Below are positions 1 to 17,390 of a stretch of 64,000 bases of DNA, piece after piece (within the stretch, counting starts at the first letter, position 1; the number at the start of each line of letters is the position of its first letter). The notes under the pieces are model-generated. The model searched no databases, was not told where the DNA came from, and saw only the letters and a list, made by a program, of their open reading frames with translations. The position numbers and the translations under genes are program-made. This DNA is from the human T2T-CHM13v2.0 reference genome, Homo sapiens: the NCBI RefSeq assembly GCF_009914755.1, contig NC_060942.1; one strand, 5' to 3'.

Positions 1-110
1 GAGGTTTCACCACATTGGCCAGGCTGGTCTCGAACCCCTGAGCTCAAGTGATCTGCTTGCCTCAGCCTCCCAAAGTGCTGGGATTCAGGCCTGAGCCCCT
101 TCACCCAGCC
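1..110 (-). mobile_element. Alu, left-arm part (cut by window edge)
   Basis: Reverse-complement Alu 5' end: ggccaggctggtctcgaac...cctcccaaagtgctgggatt...cccagcc. Confidence 0.95.
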
Positions 111-214
111 AGTTGAGTGGATTTCTGTTCCTTGAAACCCACTGATTCCTGAGAGAATGATGTGAACCATATGCTTCTCTCTGGTTGTGACAGCATGTAT
201 TGACTTATCTACAG

Positions 215-545
215 TATATTAGTCTGTTTTCACACTGCCGATAAAGACTGGGAAGAAAATAGGTTTATTGGACTCACAGTTCAATGGCTGGGGAGACCTC
301 ACAATCATGGCGGAAGGCAAAAGGCACTTCCTACATGGCATCAGCAGAGAGAATTTACGCAAGTATACGCCCGTTTTTAGAACCATCAGATCTCATGAAA
401 CTCATTCTCTATCACGAGAGCAGTGCAGGAAAGACCCGCCCCCATAATTCAATCACCTCCCACTGGGTTCTTCCCAGACACGTGGGAATTGTGGGAGTTA
501 CAATTCAAGATGAAATTTGGGTGGGGACACAGCCAAACCATATGA
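215..545 (-). mobile_element. THE1 (MaLR) solo LTR
   Basis: Ends in ...caattcaagatgaaatttgggtggggacacagccaaaccatat, the reverse complement of the THE1 LTR start; begins t(a)tattagtc. Confidence 0.9.
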
Positions 546-557
546 TATGGTATGTTA

Positions 558-860
<303 letters not shown>

Positions 861-1424
861 TTATGTAAATGACATACAATTTAGAGTTTTTTGGGGGAGG
901 GGAGTTAAAGACTAGTTGTGTTTTTCTTGACAAGATAGTGTGAAGTCTCCGGAGTGGAATCCTCAATTCTTGTTCAGCAAATGTTTGAGTACCTGCCACA
1001 TACCAAAGGGACTCCTGTGGTTGGACACATCTGCACTACTCCAGACAGGCTTTCCTCAGCCTTTCCTATGCAGCTAAGACCTGGTCAAGAGACAAGATTA
1101 TTCAGCTTCTGAGTGATACATATTGCTTGCTTCTCTGTCTTTCGGCTCTGCCTGCATTTTCCAAGTTTCAGGCTCCTAGGTGTCTCTGCCACTGGGTGGA
1201 GGAAAGAACAGAGGAGATGCAGGGGAAAATAATTAAAGCCAGCCAGTCTTGCTCCATACTTTGAGTTCCAGCTCTAAGTTTGGTGAAGGAAATAGTTCAC
1301 AGGCTGATGGGGAGAATGTTTAGTTAAGAAATCTTTACTTTTGAATTATCATCGATGTGTCCATTAGATTCCTGACATTTCCAGTTCTGTGGAGGCAGCA
1401 GAAGGTGGGGGAAGAATCCAGCCT

Positions 1425-1580
1425 TCAGGCCTGTGTCCTTTCCAATCCTGGCTTTACTAATGGGGGGATGTGGGCAAGGTCCACTCTTATCTTCAAGCCT
1501 TTGTTTCCCATTGATAAAATGAACATTAATAATCTAACTCACAGAGTGGTTTTAGGAGCAAATAAGAAACTAGATGGAAA
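1425..1580 (+). mobile_element. MIR fragment
   Basis: aatcctggctttact...tgggcaaggtcc...tgtttcccattgataaaatg core-SINE pattern. Confidence 0.7.
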
Positions 1581-1994
1581 GAGATTTCCACATCATAAGG
1601 AATAAAGAATGTGTGGGGGATGGTCAGTGAGGCCGTAGTGGAGAAATGGCTGTGTCTGCAGCACGAGTCTCAACCTGCCCTGACTTGCAACACCTCCAAG
1701 ATTCCAGACTCAGGATTCTTTTCCTTTTAATCCTTCTTTTCTGTAGCTCTCTCTGGGGAAAGAAAAAAAAATGCCTCCAGTAGGGGGATTACAGAACATA
1801 GAAACAAGCCTTCATTTTGGAATACTTAGTAAGGTATTTCTCTCTATTGAAGATTCTTGATCAAAGGTAAATCTGTTTTATATTTTGGTCAATTTGAGTA
1901 AAAGTCACTGAACTCTTTTCCTCCCACAGTCTATACAGAAGGTGAAAAAGAAGAATCATCAAAGGGCTGGGCATTTCCTTCCAAGCACTCTCCC

Positions 1995-2130
1995 CCAGGG
2001 ACTGCCCACTGGGACCTCTCACCTCTAACGATTCTGCCTTAGTTGGTCTGGGGTGCCGCCTGGACATCTGTGTTTTCAGAAAGTTCCCAGGACATTCTAA
2101 TGGGCATCCAGGGTGCGAACTTACTGAGCT
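1995..2130. mobile_element. MER5A-like hAT-Charlie MITE
   Basis: gattctgccttagttggtctggggtg...cccaggacattctaatg resembles the MER5 internal motif. Confidence 0.65.
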
Positions 2131-2267
2131 GGTCTAAACCATCAGTTGGCAGATGAGGAGATGGAGGCTGTGATTTATTTTAAACTATAGCCCTTCATTT
2201 AAATTCCTGTCGGCCTCCTCAGGAGGTTTGGCTAACACAGAAATCTCCAGTATTCTAAAATGGAGAA

Positions 2268-2560
2268 ACGGTGCGGTGGCTCACGCCGTTGATCGCAGCA
2301 CTTTGGGAAGCCGAGGCGAGAGATCGCTTGAGGTCAGGAGTTTGAGACCATCCTGGACAATGTGGTAAAACCCCATCTCTATTAAAAATAACAAAAATTA
2401 GCCAGGTATGGTGGTGGGCACCTGTAATCCCAGCTACTCAGGAGGCTGAGGCAGGAGAATCGCTTGAACTAGGAGGTGGAGGTTGCAGTGAGCTGAGATC
2501 GTGCCACTGCACTCCAGCCCGGGCGACAGACTGAGACTCTGTCTCAAAATATATATATAT
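2268..2560 (+). mobile_element. AluS
   Basis: Dimeric Alu; tail decayed to (TA)n; gagaaa flanking repeat. Confidence 0.95.
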
Positions 2561-2714
2561 GAGAAATGTTCCACCCAAGCCAGCCTAAACTCTTAATGTC
2601 ATTACCATAATGATCCTCAACACCTTCCTGACAATGTCAGGCATCTTTAATATCCTCCGTATTCCCAAGGTGACTTCTGGAATTGGGAGAAATACTTCTA
2701 TTTATGTTTCTTGC

Positions 2715-3253
2715 TTCAGTCCATTTCTTTCTGCTTCCACTGCCCTCCCACTGGGTCATGTCTTAGCTGACATCTGACCTGGTCCATCAGCCTGCAAACT
2801 GGTCTCCTGCTCTCTGCTTTCCTTTGCTTTATTCTACCTGAAATACCAGGGTCTCAATGTCTCAGCCTGACCAAGAAAGTCTCCCACCTCTAGTTTCTGA
2901 ACATATTTTGTATTATTCTGCCCTGCTTCAGGCTTTGCTCTTCACCTTCCACTTCCTTTTCTGCCTTCTGAACCTCATTTATTCTTCAAAGTTCAGCTGA
3001 AGTGTAGTCTCCTCTATTGAGTCTTTTGGGATCTCCTACCACCAGAAGGATTTCTCCCTGAATTCCTGTCACACTTTATTTGTGCTTGGCTTTGACACAT
3101 AGCAGATACTGAATCTCACACAGAGACTTTGATCTCCTTGGGGATCCCATCCTTTATATCTTTCTACCTCCTTACATAATACCTAACATGGTCTTTTTTT
3201 TTTTTTTTGGCCATGGTTGGTGTGTGGTAAATATTTGTCGCATGAATGAATGC
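2715..3253 (+). mobile_element. L2 3' region (degraded)
   Basis: aactggtctcctgctctc... and L2-type terminus aaatatttg...gaatgaatg. Confidence 0.6.
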
Positions 3254-6200
3254 ATAATTGTACAAACGGTTAAGTGACTTTTGCAAGATCATCTAGCTAG
3301 TCTGATGGACAGAGTAGAGAGCCAATTCATGTCTCTGGTATTTACACTCAATACCATCCCCAGAAGCCCATTTTCCTTAAAGACAATTGATAAATGGCTC
3401 ACTTAAAAAAATTAGCTATCTCATCAAGAACATCTGTTTGCTAGTTTAGAAAAAAATGAGTAAGAAAAAAGTTAAGTAATTTGGGAGAGGAAAAAACTGT
3501 CTGTGAGTAGCTCAACCAAAACAAAGCGAATACACAAAATCTCCCAAATATTAAGATTTGTTGAGAGCTACATTTTCCTGTTATTCTTGGGAGGGTCTGA
3601 GAAAGCAGGAGGTTGGGGTAAAGGGGATAAGAACAGGTTGCTCCCAGAAGATCAGGTGTCTCAGGCTTTGTGGAAGCATCTACTCTGCCTGAGTGCTATG
3701 TGGTTGCTGCATATTCTCGACATTGCATGATAGACTTGGTATAGCCTGGGTTAGCAAGGGTTAGGGCAGTTTCTTCCCCATTATCATCTCATTAAACTTC
3801 TGAATGCTAAAGCTTTACTAGCTGAGTCTATCAGGTTTAATCTCTCCTGAATTCCACACATTTCATTTAAGCTGCATAGTTAATTGCCTAACGGGTAATT
3901 GAAAATGAGGCATGAAACATGTGGTGAGTGAAGGCTAGAATACAGACCTTAACTTTACGTTCCTCGTGGCTCTGTGAGCTCAGCATCCATTAATTGCATT
4001 CCCTTTGATTACCAGCAATTGGTTCAGCCAGTGAGTTAGCTCCAAGTGCCTGCTTTTTAGAATCTTAACTGCCATTTCCATCTCCCTCCTTCCCCACTTC
4101 CCATCCCACCACCACCAAGCACACACCCATACACACATCTGCACGTACACATACACTCCTCTTTTCTATTCCTGGGATAGTGGCCTCTCTCAAACTATTC
4201 ACTATCTGAAGAAATCGACTTTTGAAATGAAGCCTAGAAAAGCAATTACTGGGCCTTGTCTGGTTTCGTGCTGATGAGTGGAGAGTGCAGGGCGCTCGCA
4301 GCTGTGGACTCATCTGACACCCCTGGCTTCTCAGCAGGCACCTGCTCTGCTGTGCACAGATGCTTCTTGAGTTATGGCCTCTTCCTTGTTTCTCCTGCTC
4401 TGTGATCCTGGAGCACGAGGGTTCTGGTGAGTGCTCTCTGCTGCACAGGTTGGTGTTTAACCACCAAGCCCAGCATTATATTCATGCAACCTCTTTTTGC
4501 CTCATCAAAATGAAAAAATAAATCCTTGTTTCTAGATCCTTAGAAGAAAGGTCTTGTATCTGTGAGGTCTTATTTTTAGGGGACTCTGGAACCAAAGAGC
4601 CATGCCTGCCTTTGTGCAGAGGTGGCCCGCAAGCCTGGCAGGGACCCAGAAACATACAGCTAGACCAAAGACAAGAGTAAACTAATGGAAGATCATTAAT
4701 GAGTGATTGCACTGACTGCTTGTTCCTAGTTGATTTGCATAGAATTGTATAATATTGGATGCTTATTAAAATACAAGGGTAAAGTGTGCTGTGTGTGGGC
4801 AGAGAGGTGGGACCATGGAGTGGGAAGAGCTTTGGGCTAAGGGTTGGGGCTTGAATTCCATCCCCAGCCCAGTCCCTGAGTGTATCTGGCTTTTTGCCAA
4901 GTTGCTCACTGTCTCTGGACCTCACTGTCCCCATCTCTGAGATCATCTCTTGCAGCCTTTCTGGTCACAGGACAGGGTGATGTTTAAGAAGGGCTTTGAG
5001 CAGTGCTCAGAAACCATGTAGAGATAAAGCAGCACAGCAGGGACTGCCAAGGCCAAGAGACTGACCCAAATAAGACCCGGTCACATCCCAGTGCTGCCGG
5101 CAGACAGCATCAGCTCTGTCCACCGTCGTTCATCTATTGCCCAATTTGATCGAATCCTATCTCGTCTCTGCTTTGTTAACTGAACTCACTTAGGATTGGT
5201 CATTTATAGATTTGTAGATTTGTAGATTTTTTCCTCTTCTGCTGTGGATTTAAGTGCCTATAGCAATTGAAATCTATGCTTGGTTGTGATTGGGAGATAG
5301 CGATTAAATTAATAGCTCTTTCCAACAAGGATAAACTTCAATGAAGGTAGTAGATAAAATGTCTAATTAAACAGGCGTATCATTATCGACTTTGAGTCTA
5401 AATAAATTTACCTCTAACTTGGGTGGGCTAAGAGGTTAATTAGAAAGCAGAGGATGTGACTCAGCTGGCGTGCTCATGGATAAATGTGGAGTCTGGGCTG
5501 AGAAGGCAGGGGGATGATTCCGTCCAGTGTCACTCTTTCCCATCCCTCCAGTGTAATACTTGTGACAGACACGAGCCCAGCATGGCCTATGCTGTGTCCC
5601 CCACACAGTGAGTCTGCAGTGAGGAGTATTGTTTTCCTGTGAATGGAGAGAACTCACAGACCCAGAACTGAGGAGGGTGTGGGGAAACACACAGGGATGT
5701 TTGCCTTGTCTGTCGGAGATGATGGTGACATGAGGACAGCAGTGGGATTCGGGCTCAGCCACATTTTGCTTTATTCTGGGGGAAGCAAAAGCTCAACCCT
5801 TATATTTCTCCTTCCTCCAACGTCAGCTAACTAACATTTATTTAGCCCTTGTAGGGTCTACATTTAAACTGCAGAGTTAGTGAGTACCATTCTTGTGGTC
5901 TACATTTAAAAAAAAATTCATTGTTGTATATTCCACATTACACAAAATGCATCATTTTAACCATTTCTAAGTGTACAGTTCAATAGCATTAAGTACATTC
6001 ACATTGTTGTGTTATCAGCACCATCAAGCTCCAGAACTCTTTTCGTCTTATACGATGGAATCTCTCTACCTATTAAACAGTAACTTCCCATTCTCCTCTT
6101 CTTCCAGTCCCTGACAACTACCATTCTACTTTCTGTGTCTATGAATTTGACTACCCTTAGGTAACTCATATAAGTGGAATCTTACAGCATTTTCTTTTGT

Positions 6201-6354
6201 GACTAGCTTATTTCACTTAGCACAATGTTCTCAAAGTTCATTCATGTTGTAGAATGCCAGAATTTCCTTCCTTTAAGGCCAAATTATATTTCATTATACG
6301 TATGTACCACATTTACTTATCCATCTGTTGATGGACACTAGGTTTGCTTCCACC

Positions 6355-6720
<366 letters not shown>

Positions 6721-6926
6721 TGAACATGGGTGTACAAATATCGTTGGAGATCCTGCTTTTAATTCTCTGGGTTATATACCCAGAATTGGAGTTGCTGGAT
6801 CATATGACAATTTTATTTTTAGTTTTTGTTGAACTACTCTACTGTTTTCTGTAGTGGCTGCATCATTTTACATTCCCACCAACAGTACACAACGGTTCCA
6901 ATTTTTCCATATCCTTACCAAACCAA

Positions 6927-7002
6927 CCTTCCTTCCTCCCTTCCTTCCTTCCTTCCTTCCTTCCTTCCTTCCTTCCTTCCTTCCTTCCTTCCTCCCTCCC
7001 TC
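6927..7002. repeat. (CTTC)n microsatellite
   Basis: Visible tandem array. Confidence 0.95.
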
Positions 7003-7369
7003 CTGATGGGTATGAGGTGTATGTCATTGTGGTTTTAATTTGCACTTTTCTAATGATTAGGGATGTCCAGCATATTTTTGTGTGTCCTGTGTCCTACATT
7101 TTGTTAGGTTTGGAATTATAGTTTACAATGTAGCCAGGAAGAGGACACTTAAACAAAGAAACATGGAAATTTGTGTTAAATTGAGGTCTCAACTGCAACT
7201 TAACACCCTAACAGTATTAAGACAAGGAGGACAGTGGGGTCAGCTTGAGCTCTGAAGAAGAAATAGACCTCCAGTGGGGAAGTGACTTGTGCACGTCCTG
7301 CAGCCAGTGAGGAACAGGTCTCCTGGCCAGCAGGCCTTCTCTTTTGGCTGGGGTTTTCCACATGCAGTG

Positions 7370-7492
7370 TGTATAAGACTCATTAGGGGCTTTCAAGTTT
7401 CTACCTTTCAGAGATTCTGATGAAGTGGATCTGAAGTGGGCCCAGGACCTTGCTTTAGAGTCAGTGCCCTCATGGTGAGTTTGATACATCAG
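7370..7492. mobile_element. MER5-like MITE fragment
   Basis: cagagattctgatgaagtggatctgaagtgggcccagga motif. Confidence 0.6.
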
Positions 7493-7497
7493 TGAAT

Positions 7498-7561
7498 ATA
7501 TTAATTTCCTATAGCTGCTCTCACAAATGACCATAAATTTAGTGACTTGAAACAACACAAA

Positions 7562-7606
<45 letters not shown>

Positions 7607-8752
7607 TTTTGAGACGGAGTCTTGCTCTGTCACCCAGGCTAGAGTTCAGTGGCGTGATCTCGGTTCACTGCAACCTCTGCCTGCCTGTTCAAGTGATTCT
7701 CCTGCCTCAGCCTCCCGAGTAATTGGGATTACAGGCACCCACCACCGCAGCCACCTAATTTTTGTATTTTTAGTAGAGACGGGGTTTCACCATCTTGGCC
7801 AGGCTGGTCTCGAACTCCTGACTTCATGATCCACCTGCCTTGGCTTCCCAAAGTGCTGGGATTATAGGTGTGAGCCACTGCGCCCGGCCCAAAGTTGTTT
7901 CTTAAATTATATAAATGGAATTACTGCATCAGGATCTTGATTTGTGTGTATGAATATATCGTGACAAGAGGGGAAAATCTAGAGTCTGAAGAATGAGAAT
8001 TTTTCCTGGCAGCATCCTTGAGAGTCATTAGTGGCTCCTGGCAACTTAGGGATCTCAGTGTTCATATAGCTTGGTGGGAGATAGTCTGCAGCAGTGAGGG
8101 TAATCAAGGCTCTGAAGAAAGACCTACCCTGGATAGAATCATAGGTGGGGATAGGGGTGATGGCATTTAGCTAGTCATTTGGACCTCTGTTTTTGATTCA
8201 GCAGTTGCCTTTGGCCTCTTGGTAGATTTAATTCATTCTTTTCATGGTAGAACTGGTGTTTAGGCCTGACATCTCCTGGTGGTTAGAAAATAGCATTAAC
8301 TAGTTGAGGCTATGCATTTATAGCAGTATGCATTGACATTAAAGCCAAAGTTATTATCTTATAATCACTGGGTGAAAACTAAGGAATGGGCAGGGCTGTG
8401 TCCCTTCTGGAGTCTCTCGAGGAGGGTCCACATTGCCTTTTCCAACTTCTCAAGGCCACCCCACTCCTTGGCTTGTGGCTCCTTCCTCCATCCTCAACGC
8501 CAGCCGCAGAGCATCTTCACACCTCTCTCTGCCTCTCACTCCTCTGCCTCCCTCTCCCACTTTAAAAGACCCTTGTGAGTATGTTGGGCTCACTTGGGTA
8601 ATCCAGGATGATCTTTCTGATTTTAAAGTTAGCTGAAAAGCAACTTAATTTCACCTGCAACCTTTATTCTTCTTTGCTGTGTAACATACCCTATTCACAG
8701 GTTCTGGGGACTAGGATGTGGACATCTTTTGAGGCCATTATCCTGTTCATGA
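7498..8752 (-). mobile_element. MLT1D-like MaLR LTR, split by an Alu and an orphan insert
   Basis: LTR pieces 7498-7564 (tttcctatagctgct...aacaacacaaagtt) and 8346-8752 (caaagttattatctta...gggactaggatgtggacatctttt) are contiguous in the consensus. Confidence 0.8.
7563..7889 (-). mobile_element. AluS with (TTA)n tail
   Basis: Dimeric Alu; caaagtt at 7558-7564 and 7890-7896. Confidence 0.97.
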
Positions 8753-9077
8753 TAGCAAAGGAAACACCCAGCAGGTTGGAGCTCAGGAAAGAGATGAAGA
8801 AAGGGGGGAAACTTGTTTTTATTCCCTCCTCCTTTTCCCTGTGTCCTACTGCCCCCGCTTTAACTCTCTTTAGTCACTATCTTCTCATTTTAGAAGAGGG
8901 GGCCTAATGGTAGACAACCTTAGTATGGAAATCTGACAATTTCCGGGTTTGTGGCACGAGTTGGAGAACTGTCCACATATCCACCTTGTCCCTCCGAACA
9001 CATCTATGCACACTCATGCCTACACATGTCAGATATAAGTGCAAGAGTAGTAACAAAGCCAGGCCATATGACCCCTG

Positions 9078-9995
<918 letters not shown>

Positions 9996-11109
9996 TGAGC
10001 TCCTCTTTCTAGGTATGTCGGACATCTCCCCTGGGGGGAAAATATGAATACTTTCAGGAAATTCTTTTCTCATAGTCATTAAGGGTGGAGTTGGCCTCTC
10101 TCCAGGGATCCTCTCCTAATATCCAGCTCTAGAAACAAAAGGGAAAGAAAAATGTGGTGAGCTCACTGTGGGAAGACACTTGTCACAGAATTAAAAGCGT
10201 TGCTGACATAACAGACGAGCTCATGGCTTGTCTTTAAAACCCAGAATATGCTAATATTTCTCTCTATCTCAGTGGAAAACTACTTAATCAAAATTTGTAG
10301 GTACAGGCCCTGCAGGCTGCTCTTCATTGTGGTTTGTGAGAAAAGAAGGTAGGGAACAAGAGATGGAAACCCTCTCTTAAGTTTATGAATGTTTTTGGTT
10401 TTATTTATTGTTCAAAATGCTCTTTTTTTTTGAGGGAGTGGCAAATTTGCATATAAGATTTGCTGTTGTTTTATAGAGAAGGGTGTCTCTGTATAGAAAA
10501 TGGGGCTAGGTGCTCACACCCACACCATTTAGATGGGGCAGTGGGTTGACCTACTATACTCTAGCTCTGCAGTTTAAATATTGGTCCAGGAGAGGCGGAT
10601 CTTTCTTGTACTGACCCTGCAAGTGGGTACAGAACTTACATGACCATTGTTTGTTTTGTCTTTGTTTTTCTTTCCTCTTAAAATGTTTTCTTTTAAAGGC
10701 AGCCCAAGGTTAACAATGGATAATTTGCCGCTGTTTGCCCAGAGCAGCTCTCTCTGAAGGCTGTTTTTCCGTGGTGTGCAGCGGAGGCTTGGTAATGACA
10801 TAGCTTTATCTTTGAAAGCAAACGTCCTTTCTATCAATGGATGCCTAAAACCCTTTGCAGGGTTAATTAATGCAGCTACAAAGTGGAAATAAGAAATGAA
10901 AGTGGATGGGAAGGGAAGAGCAGCTCAGAGCTGCAAGCAAAGGAGAAAAATGACACCTCTTATATTCCAAAGACACGCTAGTCTTCCCAGCTGCAGTACA
11001 GACTCTGTTAGGTCCAATTTAAACACTTATTAAAAAGGCGAAAGGAGATACGTCCAGGTGCCAGTGTGTTCAGACCTCTCCTGGTGTTATATTACAACAG
11101 TGATGATGA

Positions 11110-11510
11110 TGATAATATGGCAGCTAACAGCAGAGTGCAGTCCATGCGCCAGGCACTATGTTAATGTTCTACATTAGGGTTTCTTGACCTTGGCACTATT
11201 GGCATTTGGGACAGGATAATTCTTTCTGGGGGGGCTGTTGGCTGCTCTGTGCACTGTAGGATGTTCAGCAGCATCCCTGGTCTCTGCTCACTAGACGCGA
11301 GGAGCATTCCTGCTTCCCAATTTGTGGCAACTCAAAATATCTCCAGATATTGCCAAATGTCCCATGGTGGGCAGACCATGGGATTAACCCAGTTTACATG
11401 GATTGCCTCATTTAATCGTCCAATAGTGTGAGAGGTAATATTATTTCCATTTTACCATGGAGAAACTGGAGAGGTGAAGGGGTTAGATGGCTCACCCAAG
11501 GTCATAACAT
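11110..11510 (-). mobile_element. MIR interrupted by MER20
   Basis: gccaggcactatg...; resumes tttacatggattgcctcatttaat...gagaaactgg...cccaaggtca. Confidence 0.75.
11175..11392. mobile_element. MER20 (hAT-Charlie)
   Basis: ccttggcactattggcatttgggacaggataattctt...ctccagatattgccaaatgtccc. Confidence 0.9.
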
Positions 11511-11759
11511 ATACAATTTCAGGCACTGAGGGCACTGAACATAAAACTAAGTGGTCTATTATGACTAATTTGTGTGTTCTTCTTACAAATGAATAGCTAT
11601 TCTTAGTAGTTATATGCCATCTTATTTACCAAAATCCTAATCATATATAATCCTTGTATTACCTTTACGATGATAATGAAAATCGTTATCATGCCTTCAT
11701 ACTCTGCTAACATTACTTGAGATGTGAGGTGTCTTTAAATGTTGCCCAATTCATTATAG

Positions 11760-12465
<706 letters not shown>

Positions 12466-12664
12466 ACATAATCTTTTTATTTTGAAATTATTTTAGATTT
12501 ACAGAAAGTTGGCAAAGAGTACAGAGAGTTCTTGTATACCCTTTAGCAGGCGTCTCTTACTATTCCCAACTTACATTACCAGGTACGTTTGTCAAAGCTA
12601 AGAAGCCAACATTGTTAGAGTATCTGAACTAAATTCCAGACTTTATTAAGATTCTACTAGTTTT

Positions 12665-12817
12665 GCCGGGCATGGTGGCTCATGCCTGTAATCCCAGCAC
12701 ATTGGGAGGCTGAGGCGGATGGGTCACTTGAGGTCAGGGGTTTGAGACCTGGCCAACATGGTGAAACCCCATCTCTACCAAAAATATAAAAAATTAGCCA
12801 GCTGTGGTGGCATGTGC
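12665..12817 (+). mobile_element. Alu left arm plus linker (partial copy)
   Basis: Alu 5' half that stops at gtggtggcatgtgc. Confidence 0.93.
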
Positions 12818-12855
12818 ATCTGAACTAAATTACAGATTTTATTAAGATTCTACTA

Positions 12856-13203
<348 letters not shown>

Positions 13204-13254
13204 TCATCCAGAAATAAACCACATTGAATTTGGCTTCATTGTCCTTTGTTTTTC

Positions 13255-14611
<1,357 letters not shown>

Positions 14612-14624
14612 TCCGATTTAACTT

Positions 14625-16320
14625 TTTATAGTTTAAGCTGCGTAGTGTTTGTGGTATAAATTTTAAAAATTATTTTTATATTGCATCTCCCATTGATGGA
14701 CATTAGATGTTTCCAGTGTTTATGCGATTATAAACACTATTGTCCCATGATAGACATTAGATTGTTTCTATCACTTACACTATTATAAACACTATTGTAC
14801 ATATCTTCTTGAGAACACTTGAGAATGTTTCCCTAGGCTATACACTTAGAAGTGGAATTGCTTGAGTCTTAGATATGAGTGTCTTCAATTTAACAAGATT
14901 CTTCTAAATTGCCTTACAAAGTTGATGAACAACTTACATGCCCATTTCAGTATATGAGTGTTCCATCTTGCCAGCTTTTGGTGTAAACAGATTTTAATTT
15001 TTCGCAATGTCATTGGATGTGAGATGGTATATCACATGGCTACCTTCCTTTGCATTTACCTGATTACTGTGAGATTCATTCTTTTATATATTCCTAGGCC
15101 ATTGTTTCTAACCTTGGTCCATTCTTCAAGTGTATTCTTTTCCTTAGGTACTACTATTAAGTATTATTAATAATAGCTTTTATGTTATTTTTGTTGTAAC
15201 TGGATATTAATTATTTTTAGGTTGCTTGTGTTGCAACTATGTTTTGAATGAATGCATCAAATAGGTCTTTTTACCCCTACGATTTTTGAGTTGGGAATCT
15301 TTTTAAAATAATTCCTCCCTATTTCAAGGTAAGAAAAATGTGTTCCTACACTTTCTTCAAAGTTTCAAGTTTAACTTTATATCATTTAGGTACTTAATAA
15401 CCTTGAAATTGCTTTTTGAGTACTGTGCAATTTGCAGAAACTACCTTTTTTCCTCTGAATAGGAAAACTAATGGTCCTTCCTGGAACGATTTATTGAAGA
15501 GTCAATCTTCTCTCCACTGATTTGTAATGATATTTCTTTTTTTTTTTTTTTGAGTTGGGGTCTCACTCTGTCACCCAAACTGGAGTGAAGTGGCACGATC
15601 TTCATTGGAATTGCTCACTGCAATCTCTGCCTCCCAGGCTCAAGTGATCCTCCCACCTTAGCCTCCTGAGTAGCTGGGACCACAGGCACATGTCACCATA
15701 CCCAGCTAATATTTTTTATTTTTGGAAGAGACGGAGTTTTGCCATGTTGCCCAGGCTGGTCCTGAACTCCTGAGCTCAAGTGATCCTTCCACCTTGGCCT
15801 CCCAAAGTGCTGGGATAGAGTGAGCCACTGTGCCTGGCCATCTTTCTGTTTTGTTTAAAACATTTTTAATATATGTTTTTATATAAGCTTAATATATGGG
15901 TCTATATCTGGGCTCTCTATGATACTTCACTAATTGACTTGCCTATCTCTGGTCAATACAACAGTAAGTGCTATATATAATAAGTCTTTATATGTGGTAG
16001 AGTAAGAATCCTCTATGTTATTATTCTTCTTCAAAATTGTCTTAACTATTTTTGGCTTTTTGCTTGTCAATCTTAATTTCAGTATAATTTAAAATCATTT
16101 TAAGTCATAACTTAAATTCAGTTTAATTTAAACAAATCTTTTGGGATTTCAATTAGAATTGCATTTAATTTGTTTGGAAACTGGAACCTTCTCATACTGA
16201 ATATTTCTATCCATGAAGATGGTATCTCTTTCCACTTATTCAGGTCTCATTTTAATACCCTTACTTTCTTACCTTTTACTTTCATATAATTTCTTCCATA
16301 ATTTCTCTCTTTTATTTCTG
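14625..16320 (-). mobile_element. Old L1M (L1ME-like) fragment, Alu-interrupted
   Basis: gaagtggaattgct...; ttcttcttcaaaattgtctt...; gggatttcaattagaattgcatttaattt. Confidence 0.75.
15533..15839 (-). mobile_element. AluJ
   Basis: ggctcaagtgatcctcccacc AluJ-type motif; small internal insertion near 15601. Confidence 0.93.
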
Positions 16321-16339
16321 TTTTCAGTTTGTATAACTG

Positions 16340-17390
<1,051 letters not shown>

